Shown here: in pieces, positions 34,920 through 42,708 of the stretch
Layout: every line of letters starts with the position of its first letter
Numbering within the stretch: position 1 is the stretch's first letter
Virus record (IMG/VR): IMGVR_UViG_3300006217_000050
DNA: 58,653 nt
Direction: 5' to 3' (one strand)
Origin: a virus
Notes under the pieces: generated by a model
What the model saw: the letters and a program-made list of their open reading frames with translations, nothing else
What the model was told of the DNA's origin: nothing
Databases searched by the model: none
Made by a program: the position numbers and the translations under genes

Positions 34920-35585
34920 TTAATCTCCTTTCTTAACTTCCCTTATCGGGGTGAATCCGAAATTGAAAGCGGGCTTGTCATCGCCCCTGGCAGGTTTTCC
35001 GGTAGTGGGAGCTGTAAACTGTCCTTTTGGCGCGCTCTCGGCAGCTTTCTGTTTGGCTTCTTCCTCAGCAGCCTTATCTGCAGCGGCTTTCTTCTCGTCC
35101 TCTGTCTGATAGAAGTGGTCTTTTTCGTTCTCCTTTTCCAGATAGTCTGACAGCCCCATAAACGCACCGTCCTTCCACTTCAGGCCGTCCTCGCCCATGA
35201 TATCAGCCATGAGAGATTTCCTGGTGCGGTCGGAAGAGATTCCCAGTTTCTCGAACTCTGCATTAAGATAATCACGCTGGTCACGCTGGAGAATCTGCTT
35301 GCTGGCGGTCTCCTGCGCTTCTTTCGCCGCCTGCTTATACTTCTCGATCTCCGCCGCCTGCTTCTCCGGATCAATATCCTTGAACTTCTCCAGGGTCTCA
35401 TTCGCCGTGTCCAGCTGCCCTTTGTAAGTATCCCGGTCAGATTCCGCCGCTTCCAGCTTCTTGGCCTGCTTGTCATAGTCAGCAACCGTGCGGTAGTTTT
35501 CCGTCACAGCCTTATTGACCGCCGCTTTCTGCTCGTCAGTAACTTCAACTCCTGCTTCTTTCAAAATCTGTTCAATGTTCTTCAT
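34920..35585 (-). CDS. Scaffolding protein
   Basis: 221 aa, charged coiled coil (KQAAEIEKYKQAAKEAQE...). Confidence 0.7.
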   Translation of the reverse strand: MKNIEQILKEAGVEVTDEQKAAVNKAVTENYRTVADYDKQAKKLEAAESDRDTYKGQLDTANETLEKFKDIDPEKQAAEIEKYKQAAKEAQETASKQILQRDQRDYLNAEFEKLGISSDRTRKSLMADIMGEDGLKWKDGAFMGLSDYLEKENEKDHFYQTEDEKKAAADKAAEEEAKQKAAESAPKGQFTAPTTGKPARGDDKPAFNFGFTPIREVKKGD

Positions 35586-35664
35586 GTGTCGTTATCCTCC
35601 TAACATGGTTTTTAACAGCGTGTCCGCTGTATGGATTTAGGCAGATGAACCACTGCCGGGGTAA

Positions 35665-35754
35665 TCGGGAAAGTTGGAATCGAACCAACAATGTTTACCG
35701 CGTGGGAACGGATTTACAGTCCGCCGCAACACCACCAATCGTTGCCGTTTCCCG
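35665..35754 (-). tRNA. tRNA-Tyr (anticodon GTA), long variable arm, no encoded CCA
   Basis: Hand fold. Acceptor CGGGAAA/TTTCCCG (7 bp). D-stem GCAAC/GTTGC. Anticodon stem CGGA/TCCG with loop CTGTAAA. T-arm GTTGG-TTCGATT-CCAAC. Confidence 0.75.
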
Positions 35755-35929
35755 GGAGTGCGCCCACCCACAAGGGCAGGCGCTTAGGAAAAAAAGGATT
35801 AGGGGTTTATCGAAAATTAGATGTAAGCATAGTAAAAGGCACCTCCACATAGCAGAGATGCCTTGCAAATCTGCCTGTAGTTTTTTCAGGTTAGCGACTG
35901 AATCCATTTATCAGCCGGTTATTTATTCT

Positions 35930-35963
35930 ATTGTACCGCAGTTTGGTGGGGAAGTTGTACCAA
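35930..35963 (-). promoter_or_regulatory. Promoter-like element P8 (TTGGTACAA-N19-TACAAT)
   Basis: Minus strand, upstream of tRNA-Tyr and the scaffold/capsid genes. Confidence 0.55.
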
Positions 35964-35974
35964 ATTAAAGGCTA

Positions 35975-36050
35975 ATCTGCATACCGGAATCGAACCGATA
36001 AAAGTACGGAATCACTTTGGATATTGCTGACCGTTTTCTCCCAGTGCAGA
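35975..36050 (-). ncRNA. tRNA-like element (T-arm plus 6-bp acceptor helix; body does not fold as a cloverleaf)
   Basis: T-arm ATCGG-TTCGATT-CCGGT. Acceptor TCTGCA/TGCAGA. Confidence 0.35.
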
Positions 36051-36184
36051 ACCCATTTCCTATTGAAATGATTAGTCAATTCTGATTTTCAAGCCAAACA
36101 GTTTCCAAAACTCCGGTTTCTCTTTCTCTGATATGCTCTCCATATCTGCCTGAACAAGAAAACCTTAAAAAAGAAATAGGCTCA

Positions 36185-36280
36185 TGGATAGACAGGGAAT
36201 CGAACCCTGCACTGTCAGACGGTGCCAGTTTATCTGACTTTTTTTTGCACAACCGCCGCGTATACATTTCGCCACTATCC
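36185..36280 (-). ncRNA. 96-nt tRNA-like element (T-arm plus acceptor helix; non-canonical body with an A8 run)
   Basis: T-arm CAGGG-TTCGATT-CCCTG. Acceptor GGATAG/CTATCC. Internal 6-bp helix GTCAGA/TCTGAC. Confidence 0.35.
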
Positions 36281-36385
36281 ACTTTTGAAGCAATAACCAC
36301 TCGCTCCAATGATGCCTCCCACCGGTGCCTTCCGTTCTCGACGGACTGCGGCGCCCAGTTCTCCTCTATAGCATCTTCCCAGGCA

Positions 36386-36461
36386 TGGAAAGTATAGGAA
36401 TCGAACCTATCTCGCCGGTGCTAGCCTCCCAGCAGTTTCACGCCAGATAACACAACTTTCC
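36386..36461 (-). ncRNA. 76-nt tRNA-like element (perfect 7-bp acceptor and T-arm; anticodon region non-canonical)
   Basis: Acceptor GGAAAGT/ACTTTCC. T-arm ATAGG-TTCGATT-CCTAT. GG at the D-loop position. The best anticodon helix leaves a 6-, 8- or 10-nt loop containing CTA. Confidence 0.4.
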
Positions 36462-36650
36462 ACTGTCCATTTTCTGTCTGCAAGGACCGTGCAGTGCGGA
36501 CTTACATAGTTTAACGTGTTCTTAAAGCCGATATTCGTTGCGAGAAACGCCACGTTTGGCACTTTTGTCCTGGCCGCAGATCGTTAATTAAATGTTTGCT
36601 TTGTGATTCCGAGTCTTCATGTCGGCATCCTCCTTTTGCTTGATAGATAC

Positions 36651-36684
36651 ATGATACCATGATTCCAGAATTAATTTGTACCAA
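36651..36684 (-). promoter_or_regulatory. Promoter-like element P9 (TTGGTACAA-N19-TATCAT)
   Basis: Minus strand, at the head of the ORF-poor RNA locus. Confidence 0.55.
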
Positions 36685-36723
36685 GTTATACGCAAAAGAG
36701 CGGCATCACTGCCGCCCCTTTCC

Positions 36724-37164
36724 TTATGAAATCTGCTCCATGCTCTTTTTATATTTTTGCACAACGTCCCTCTCTGCTTTAAAATCAGCATCTCTGTTGA
36801 TATCAAACAACAAATCGCAGATTTCCGACATCAGCCGTTCAAGGGCCTCCGTCACTTTCTGTCGGTGAACCTCAGAACCGTCCCTGGCATACTCTTTCTT
36901 ACACCAGAGATATTTGTCATACAGTTCATTGATGTTCCGGTCAAACCGTGCGTCTGCTCTGCGTTCCATGGTTCTCGCCTTGCCCGGCATCATCTCTTCT
37001 TTCACTTCATGGTATGCGCCCTCTGTGAATCCCATGTACTCTACATATTTTAGGTCTTTGTACATGTCCACAAACTTCATGGCATTGTCTATGTTTGTGG
37101 GAGAGAACCCCTTTTCTGCTATCTCATGGAGTTCTTTCTCGATCCGTTCCATCAGCTTATGCAT
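36724..37164 (-). CDS. hypothetical helical protein
   Basis: 146-aa ORF. Confidence 0.5.
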   Translation of the reverse strand: MHKLMERIEKELHEIAEKGFSPTNIDNAMKFVDMYKDLKYVEYMGFTEGAYHEVKEEMMPGKARTMERRADARFDRNINELYDKYLWCKKEYARDGSEVHRQKVTEALERLMSEICDLLFDINRDADFKAERDVVQKYKKSMEQIS

Positions 37165-37396
37165 TGTCCAATCTCCTTTCCAGTTGCTCCAACTTTTTCA
37201 ATATCGCTTCAAGCGTCCTATCTTGCCTGTCAAGGCGTTTTCCTATTTCAGACAGTAAATAAGACGCTTGCTTATCGTTCGCCGCTCCTACGTCATTCTG
37301 TGCGCTCTGGCTCCTATTCTCATAAAGATTTTCCAAACCCAAAAGGAACGAAGCCACGCCCAGAGCGTCCAGAGCGTCAAATTGTCTGCCATCCAT
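37157..37396 (-). CDS. hypothetical small protein
   Basis: 79-aa ORF with a coiled-coil C-terminus. Confidence 0.5.
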   Translation of the reverse strand: MDGRQFDALDALGVASFLLGLENLYENRSQSAQNDVGAANDKQASYLLSEIGKRLDRQDRTLEAILKKLEQLERRLDNA

Positions 37397-37800
37397 TACA
37401 GCTTAATGACTTTCAGCGCCACATTGTTGATAGTCGCCGCTGTGCCGCCAAGAACGAGTGTAAGGGTGGAGCCGCCGGAGCAACCGCAAGCCTGCCTTAC
37501 AAGCGCGGTGATGGGGAGCGCAACTGTCCCTGCCGCTGCCGCCGTTGCAGACGCTACCGCCCCCGGAACCGCCATACCGTCACGGAGCAGTGTTACCGTT
37601 ACAGTGCCGGCCGCCGCTGCTGTGGCTGTAATGGACGCGTCCACGTCATAATATCCCTCTCTGTCAATCACAATGCCGTTTCCGTTCAGATTTACGCCGC
37701 ACCCGAAACGCCGGATAATGGAGCCAAGGGAAAGCACGCTCCCGATCTGCAATGCCTGTGCGCCCGTGTTGGCTGTATATATAGCCGCTTTACAACTCAT
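37396..37800 (-). CDS. C1q/TNF-like (BclA-C-terminal-like) beta-sandwich protein
   Basis: ATG 37800 preceded by GGAGG. The pattern AIYTANTGAQAL...GIVIDREGYYDVDASITA...VTLLRDGMAVPGA...LTLVLGG...ALKVIKL resembles BclA C-domains. Confidence 0.45.
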   Translation of the reverse strand: MSCKAAIYTANTGAQALQIGSVLSLGSIIRRFGCGVNLNGNGIVIDREGYYDVDASITATAAAAGTVTVTLLRDGMAVPGAVASATAAAAGTVALPITALVRQACGCSGGSTLTLVLGGTAATINNVALKVIKL

Positions 37801-37819
37801 AATATTTTCCTCCATTTCT

Positions 37820-37859
37820 GCAAAATAAAAACTACCGACCTCCTATTGGCTGGTAGTTT
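37820..37859 (-). terminator. Rho-independent terminator overlapping the HTH gene's 3' end
   Basis: Minus strand reads AAACTACC-N15-GGTAGTTT followed by TTATTTT. Confidence 0.6.
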
Positions 37860-38016
37860 CTAAATTCCATATTCGCTCTAAAAGTTTTGGTATGTAGTCG
37901 GGCGGCTTCCGTCTGCCCTGTTCCCATTCTTGGACTGTGCGGAATGGGATTCCAAAGTATTTAGAAAATTCTTTCTGAGACATTTTGCACATTTGACGAA
38001 TTTCTTTAATTACCAT
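37843..38016 (-). CDS. Small XRE/Aca-like HTH regulator
   Basis: ATG 38016 preceded by AAAGGAG. MSQKEFSKYFGIPFRTVQEWEQGRRKPP. Confidence 0.65.
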   Translation of the reverse strand: MVIKEIRQMCKMSQKEFSKYFGIPFRTVQEWEQGRRKPPDYIPKLLERIWNLETTSQ

Positions 38017-38017
38017 G

Positions 38018-38173
38018 CTATTCTCCTTTTTCTTCAAGTGATAGCATATGCAAAAAGGAGCTTGCTTCGGATTCTCCTTTTTCAAAAGCTAATTCTGAAA
38101 GAGAAGAAAGAATTTCAGACAAATCTGCGCTACTTAAGTTGTAATCATTTTTGATAATTTCAAGAATACTCAT
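38018..38173 (-). CDS. 51-aa acidic protein (candidate anti-defence/Acr-like)
   Basis: ATG 38173 preceded by GGAGGT. MSILEIIKNDYNLSSADLSEILSSLSELAFEKGESEASSFLHMLSLEEKGE. Confidence 0.45.
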   Translation of the reverse strand: MSILEIIKNDYNLSSADLSEILSSLSELAFEKGESEASSFLHMLSLEEKGE

Positions 38174-38207
38174 TTTAATACCTCCATACATGTGTTTTGT
38201 TGTATTC

Positions 38208-38236
38208 ATTATACGTCATTGACGTATTTGTGTCAA
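38208..38236 (-). promoter_or_regulatory. Consensus promoter TTGACA-17-TATAAT with a 17-bp perfect palindrome operator
   Basis: Minus strand has TTGACA (38231..38236) and TATAAT (38208..38213). ATACGTCA-T-TGACGTAT lies at 38211..38227. Confidence 0.7.
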
Positions 38237-38363
38237 GAGGTTTTTGCAGAAAATTTATGAAACATACAAATTACCAGCCAATATTCGGTTTTCAATGTAC
38301 AATAAAAACGGGGCAACCGATTGATTCAGCCACCCCGCCTTTCTTCCCGGTCAGAGTGACCAA

Positions 38364-39005
38364 TTAGATGTTGCCGTTTCCGCAGCACCTTCCGCAACCA
38401 TCACCGTATCCATAACCAAAGAACGGATTTACAGGAATACTCCCATATACCGTACCAGGCTGGAATCTCGGAACGCCACAGAACTGAGACTGAATATAAT
38501 TCCTCATATTCTCGTCACGCAGGTTGCGGTTCTCCTGGTTGCATAGCCAGTCAAGAACTTTCTGTGTTCCCCTCTCCTGTGCCTGGATAATCTCGCTGGT
38601 GTTCTGTGCTGCCAGATAGCGGTTCTCAAGGATTGCCTTTTCGATACCGCAGCAACAAGCCGCTAACTGCTGTTCCAGGCTGTTGAAGTTCCGCAGGGTC
38701 TCATAGCCCAGGTTGCAAATCGCATTGTCTGTCTGGCGTGCAATTGCGTTCTGCTGGTCATTCAGACGGCCAACGGCATTTTCAAGCTGCGTGAAATTCT
38801 GGCTCTGGCAAAGGTCTGCTTCTGTGACCGCATTCCCTCTGTTATTTCCCCAGAATCCGCCGCCGTTCAGCATAGGCAAGAGTAACAGTGCAAAAATCCA
38901 GAAGAATCCTCCGTCACCGCCGAACATACCATTTCCATAGCAATTTCTGTTTGCGGCATTGTCACCGACTGCATAGCCTACTGCAAAATCGTTAGAACTA
39001 TCCAT
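38364..39005 (-). CDS. Gly/Cys/Asn-rich protein with one TM-like segment
   Basis: 213 aa. GGFFWIFALLLLPML, CCCG, and C-terminal GCGRCCGNGNI. Confidence 0.5.
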   Translation of the reverse strand: MDSSNDFAVGYAVGDNAANRNCYGNGMFGGDGGFFWIFALLLLPMLNGGGFWGNNRGNAVTEADLCQSQNFTQLENAVGRLNDQQNAIARQTDNAICNLGYETLRNFNSLEQQLAACCCGIEKAILENRYLAAQNTSEIIQAQERGTQKVLDWLCNQENRNLRDENMRNYIQSQFCGVPRFQPGTVYGSIPVNPFFGYGYGDGCGRCCGNGNI

Positions 39006-39096
39006 ATTTTCTCCTTTCTACCCCATAACTTTTAGGGGTTAGTGGCGCACTTTCGATTTGTGCGTCAGTTTATTCTTAACACCGTTTTTGGTGGTG

Positions 39097-39381
39097 TTAG
39101 CGTAATTGTCTCAAAATATCTTCCGGGTTTACGCCACTTTTCTTGCACTCCTCATAAAACACCTGCTGCGGGTCCCGGCCTCCTACCATTTGCATGACAG
39201 CACTAAGTTGCGGATTCTTCTGTGCTGCCGCCATAAGAGCCTGCTTCGGATTTTTAACTCCCTGCAGCATACCCATCATTCTTTTTGCGGATTGTGCCGC
39301 CTGCATCAGATTGTTTTGTGTGCCCATTGCCGGATTTGCCGCCGGAACACCGCCCATCATTCCCATCAAAGGATTAGCCAT
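39097..39381 (-). CDS. Met/Gln/Ala-rich small protein
   Basis: 94 aa. MANPLMGMMGGVPAANPAMG... Confidence 0.5.
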   Translation of the reverse strand: MANPLMGMMGGVPAANPAMGTQNNLMQAAQSAKRMMGMLQGVKNPKQALMAAAQKNPQLSAVMQMVGGRDPQQVFYEECKKSGVNPEDILRQLR

Positions 39382-39859
39382 TGTCCTCTACCCCCTTATT
39401 TGCCTTTTGCTGTCGTTTTGATTGCGTACTGGTATATTCTTCCAACTGCGCCTTTAAGGCGTCAAATTCGCCACGCTGGACATACTGCGACAGGTCAATT
39501 TGTGACTGTGCAGCCTGTTCTGGTGCAACTTCCTGCACTTCTGCAAACTGGAATATACGGAAAGTGGAGCTGCCTACTCCATCAACCGACTTGACATAGA
39601 AGTAAGGATCGTTGTTATCCATCATCCATGCAGTCTGCCCAGGCTGAACAATCTGATTTTTTGCCCCATCAACGCCAGACACATAAATCCAATTTACATT
39701 TTGGCTGGGCGACTGTGATTGCTGTGTGCCCTGTGCGCTCTGTCGCCCCCAGCTACCGCCCTGCTGCTGGTCATAGAAGCTCTGCATGATATTGGCTTTT
39801 CTCTGCGCATACTCCTGATCGAGTTGTGCCATCTGCTGATTTAACATGGGATTGTACAT
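39374..39859 (-). CDS. Gln-rich protein with a central beta domain
   Basis: 161 aa. Q-rich N-terminus and WIYVSGVDGAKNQIVQPGQTAWMMDNNDPYFYVKSVDG. Confidence 0.5.
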   Translation of the reverse strand: MYNPMLNQQMAQLDQEYAQRKANIMQSFYDQQQGGSWGRQSAQGTQQSQSPSQNVNWIYVSGVDGAKNQIVQPGQTAWMMDNNDPYFYVKSVDGVGSSTFRIFQFAEVQEVAPEQAAQSQIDLSQYVQRGEFDALKAQLEEYTSTQSKRQQKANKGVEDNG

Positions 39860-39895
39860 TCATAATTCCTCCCTTGACTTGATAGCTTTATTTTA

Positions 39896-39935
39896 CAAAA
39901 TAAAAAGAGACTCTGAAATATCATCAAAGTCTCTT
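39896..39935 (-). terminator. Rho-independent terminator
   Basis: Minus strand reads AAGAGACT-N15-AGTCTCTT followed by TTTATTTT. Confidence 0.65.
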
Positions 39936-39964
39936 AAAAGTAGTTCATAAGTGTCAGAAAGGTA

Positions 39965-40165
39965 TCAACACACCTTAATTATTTTGTTTTTCATTTTTCT
40001 ACTCAACCGCTTTACTGTTGAAACACTTACATTCAGTTTCTCCGCGCACTGCTCTAAGGGTATATCCTTACAGCGCATAGTAAATACCTGCAATTCAGCT
40101 TCCGTAAAGTTACATTCCCTTATGCAATATTCTATTTCCGGTTTTGTAAAGCTGCATACTTTCAA
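39965..40165 (-). CDS. Sigma-70 region-4-like / LuxR-type HTH mini-protein (66 aa)
   Basis: TEAELQVFTMRCKDIPLEQCAEKLNVSVSTVKRLSRKMKNKI. Confidence 0.55.
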   Translation of the reverse strand: MKVCSFTKPEIEYCIRECNFTEAELQVFTMRCKDIPLEQCAEKLNVSVSTVKRLSRKMKNKIIKVC

Positions 40166-40231
40166 GGCATCACCTACTTTTTCCTTCTTCTCGCAATACC
40201 CCTGCTCTTCCCACTCTTTCTAGTCCTGCTT

Positions 40232-40597
40232 CTAGTCATTCTGGTCTTTGCCATTGTTTATAATCTCCATTATCTCTTTGGCCTGTTCCGGCGTTACATC
40301 AGCACTTATCACATTTCCGGAGCTATCCATCAGAGTGTATACCCCAGTCTGCTCTATAGTGCTTGTGAAATCATACTGATACAGGTACCAGATAAACCCA
40401 GCTATTGTGAGAACTTCCACAACTACCATAACAAGAAATGTATGATACCATCTCTTGGATTGTGCTTTCAGTTCTCCTAACATCTCCATTGCCAGGCCCT
40501 TTTCTTCTTTTTCAGCTACATTTTCTTCATTTCCCATCCTCATCATCCTCCGGTATATATTTTTCAATATTATACCAACTATCAGCAATATATGCAA
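40232..40597 (-). CDS. Single-pass membrane protein (start uncertain)
   Basis: TM segment WYHTFLVMVVVEVLTIAGFIWYLY. Confidence 0.5.
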   Translation of the reverse strand: MHILLIVGIILKNIYRRMMRMGNEENVAEKEEKGLAMEMLGELKAQSKRWYHTFLVMVVVEVLTIAGFIWYLYQYDFTSTIEQTGVYTLMDSSGNVISADVTPEQAKEIMEIINNGKDQND

Positions 40598-40951
40598 TTA
40601 TCGGCTTGCCACCGTCTCCATTATTTCCTTCATGACTTTGGCATCCATATACATCTGATTCTTAACAGCATTTTCCGCTTGTTCGCGTCTATCAGTAAAC
40701 ATAATACACTCTGGCGGTACTTTATGCATGGTGCCATCCTCATATTCTACCAAGCCATACATTTCAGAATTTTGCTTATGCCAATTAAGCCTACCTTCTG
40801 TGTGAACATCGCTGCCCCATGTATGAAAATAGCCTTTGTGCATTTCGGCCTCTTTAATTACGGTCCTACATGTACGAGCGTCTATATAATCAGTCTCAAA
40901 TGTGCGCTCCCCGATTTTTACCACGCATGGTCTCAACTCCATTTTTTGCAT
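40598..40951 (-). CDS. hypothetical protein, GYFHxWG-motif family (paralog of 48682..48909)
   Basis: ATG 40951 preceded by AAGGAGA. GYFHTWG...YGLVEYEDGTMHKVPPECIMFTD. Confidence 0.5.
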   Translation of the reverse strand: MQKMELRPCVVKIGERTFETDYIDARTCRTVIKEAEMHKGYFHTWGSDVHTEGRLNWHKQNSEMYGLVEYEDGTMHKVPPECIMFTDRREQAENAVKNQMYMDAKVMKEIMETVASR

Positions 40952-40978
40952 AAAAATCTCCTTTTTTAACACCTGTTG

Positions 40979-41194
40979 TTAAGGTGCAAAATACTTTCCG
41001 TTTGTGGCATTATCAATACATCCACCTAACTCAGAAAAGAAAAAAGATACTTGATCCTCTTTATCAGTTCCGTTCCCCATCTGCCATATTTCGTGCCCTA
41101 CCCTTTTACAGATTTCACTTGCCTTTTGGAAGATTTCCTTTTCCTCTTCTGTGAATGTGACACTACAGTCAGTGTTTGTTGATATATTTGCCAT
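40979..41194 (-). CDS. hypothetical small protein
   Basis: ATG 41194 preceded by AGGAGG, downstream of P10. Confidence 0.5.
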   Translation of the reverse strand: MANISTNTDCSVTFTEEEKEIFQKASEICKRVGHEIWQMGNGTDKEDQVSFFFSELGGCIDNATNGKYFAP

Positions 41195-41223
41195 CTTCCC
41201 CACCTCCTACCTTAATTTTACAA

Positions 41224-41257
41224 CAGATTCAGGCGGGGGTTGTACCAATTATTCAGC
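41224..41257 (-). promoter_or_regulatory. Promoter-like element P10 (TTGGTACAA-N19-TAAAAT)
   Basis: Minus strand. Confidence 0.55.
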
Positions 41258-41413
41258 TTTTGCTTCAACGTTATTCAACTTTGTTTCGTCTATTTCTATA
41301 CCATACTTTTTTAATGAATCTGTAATTCCTATACCTCCGACTATTATGTCGTATTGCTCTTTAGAAATCCCATAAAATTTACAAACATCTTTTTCTACAC
41401 TATTTTTCTGCAT
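41249..41413 (-). CDS. hypothetical small protein (54 aa)
   Basis: ATG 41413 preceded by AAGGAGA. The ORF track extends it to 41524. Confidence 0.45.
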   Translation of the reverse strand: MQKNSVEKDVCKFYGISKEQYDIIVGGIGITDSLKKYGIEIDETKLNNVEAKAE

Positions 41414-42704
41414 TTTTATATCTCCTTGCGCCCTGATTCGATTGCTTTGTCTGCTCTCTGCCAAAATCAGCCAGTTTCGTCCGGCCATACTGGGGTTGCA
41501 GATTATGTTCCCTGGCAAAATCATTATATTTCTTGTTCTGTTGTGTCAGGTCATACGCAAGCTTATCATATTCCGGCTGTAGACGCTGCCTTTCCTCTTC
41601 CGTGGCTCCCTGCATCAGCTGTTCCTTTGCCACCAGCTGCCGCTTTGTCGCCCGGATGTTCCGCTCAATCGCCCTTAACCGCTGTGAGTCAAGGTACTTC
41701 TGCTTTGATTCCTCGCTATCTATCCGGTTTCCGGCGCCGTCGACCAGGTTCCCGTTCTTATCCCGCCAAGGATTACCGATGCGTTCATCATAAGGGCCGA
41801 AGCTATGACGACAGTTATATCCGGCCAAACCCTCTCCCGTCCCATATCCTGTTGTCTTCCGAAAATCCGGATATTTCCCTGTATTAGGAGAACCGCCCGC
41901 TTTTTGCCCATCACTTTCAATTTTACCCTTAACAGCTGTAAGATCTGCCAGGTCAGCATTCGTTATGTAAAATACTTTGCCCTGCCAACTCTGATGGTTT
42001 GCAGGCTCATCCTTTTTGGTAAACCTAGCCCCTGTGTGAGCTGACGTAATGATGAGATTAGTCCCTGCCTCCTTAATAAATTCCAGCGTCAACTGTCCCG
42101 CCATCTGTGCCATACTTGTCCTGATGCAGCACATCACTGCCGCTTCAAGGGTACGTCTGGTCCCGGTAGGGTAAAATACATATATCCCGCGCCCGGCATA
42201 CCTGGTAAGTATATCATTAATAGCAGCAGAATAACTCTGCACCCCAGCAGCTACCCGCATATCTGCTTCATCAAGCATATTGATCAGGTCTAAATGGCTC
42301 TGCTTCATGGTAGTCCTAGTCAGGTTTTGCAGCTCCCCCTGGCTCCGCTTGTACTGTGCGTCCATAATTCGGATTACAGCAGGATTTTTGAGCGGGTCTG
42401 AGAGATCTATGCCTATCTCACGGAACGGCGCTGCATCGGCCTCCCACGATGTGAGGACAGCATCCTGAAGCAGGGTGCGAAGCTCTTTCCGGGAAAGTCT
42501 GGTCAACTGCTCTAATTTCTTTTCGATCTCCGCTTGGGCCTCACCCATTAGTTGCAGCCGCTGCAGGAGCCGATCAGCCGTTGGAGTGATTTCCCCGGCT
42601 TGGACCAGGAACCGGGCGGCTTCCTTTAGGACGTACTCGGACAACTGCTGATACAGCTCCATCATGCGCTGTTCTTTTCCGTCAAAATACTCTGGCTTAA
42701 GCAT
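41400..42704 (-). CDS. MuF-like minor head / head morphogenesis protein
   Basis: About 434 aa. ...LAGYNCRHSFGPY motif. Position follows the portal. Confidence 0.7.
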   Translation of the reverse strand: MLKPEYFDGKEQRMMELYQQLSEYVLKEAARFLVQAGEITPTADRLLQRLQLMGEAQAEIEKKLEQLTRLSRKELRTLLQDAVLTSWEADAAPFREIGIDLSDPLKNPAVIRIMDAQYKRSQGELQNLTRTTMKQSHLDLINMLDEADMRVAAGVQSYSAAINDILTRYAGRGIYVFYPTGTRRTLEAAVMCCIRTSMAQMAGQLTLEFIKEAGTNLIITSAHTGARFTKKDEPANHQSWQGKVFYITNADLADLTAVKGKIESDGQKAGGSPNTGKYPDFRKTTGYGTGEGLAGYNCRHSFGPYDERIGNPWRDKNGNLVDGAGNRIDSEESKQKYLDSQRLRAIERNIRATKRQLVAKEQLMQGATEEERQRLQPEYDKLAYDLTQQNKKYNDFAREHNLQPQYGRTKLADFGREQTKQSNQGARRYKNAEK

Positions 42705-42708
42705 AACC

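Noticed and set aside
35975-36461. Calling the three tRNA-like elements bona fide tRNAs (including an amber-suppressor reading of the CTA-containing loop)
   Set aside because: Only the acceptor and T-arms pair. I could not obtain canonical D or anticodon arms by hand, and U33 is missing. They are kept as tRNA-like ncRNA candidates pending covariance-model scans.
35645-36806. ORFs 35645..35968(+), 35695..35907(-), 36076..36309(-), 36588..36806(-), 36659..36868(+)
   Set aside because: They span tRNA/tRNA-like sequences and promoter elements, lack RBSs (except the 10-codon terminal piece of 36588..36806), and have implausible compositions. The region is treated as an RNA locus.
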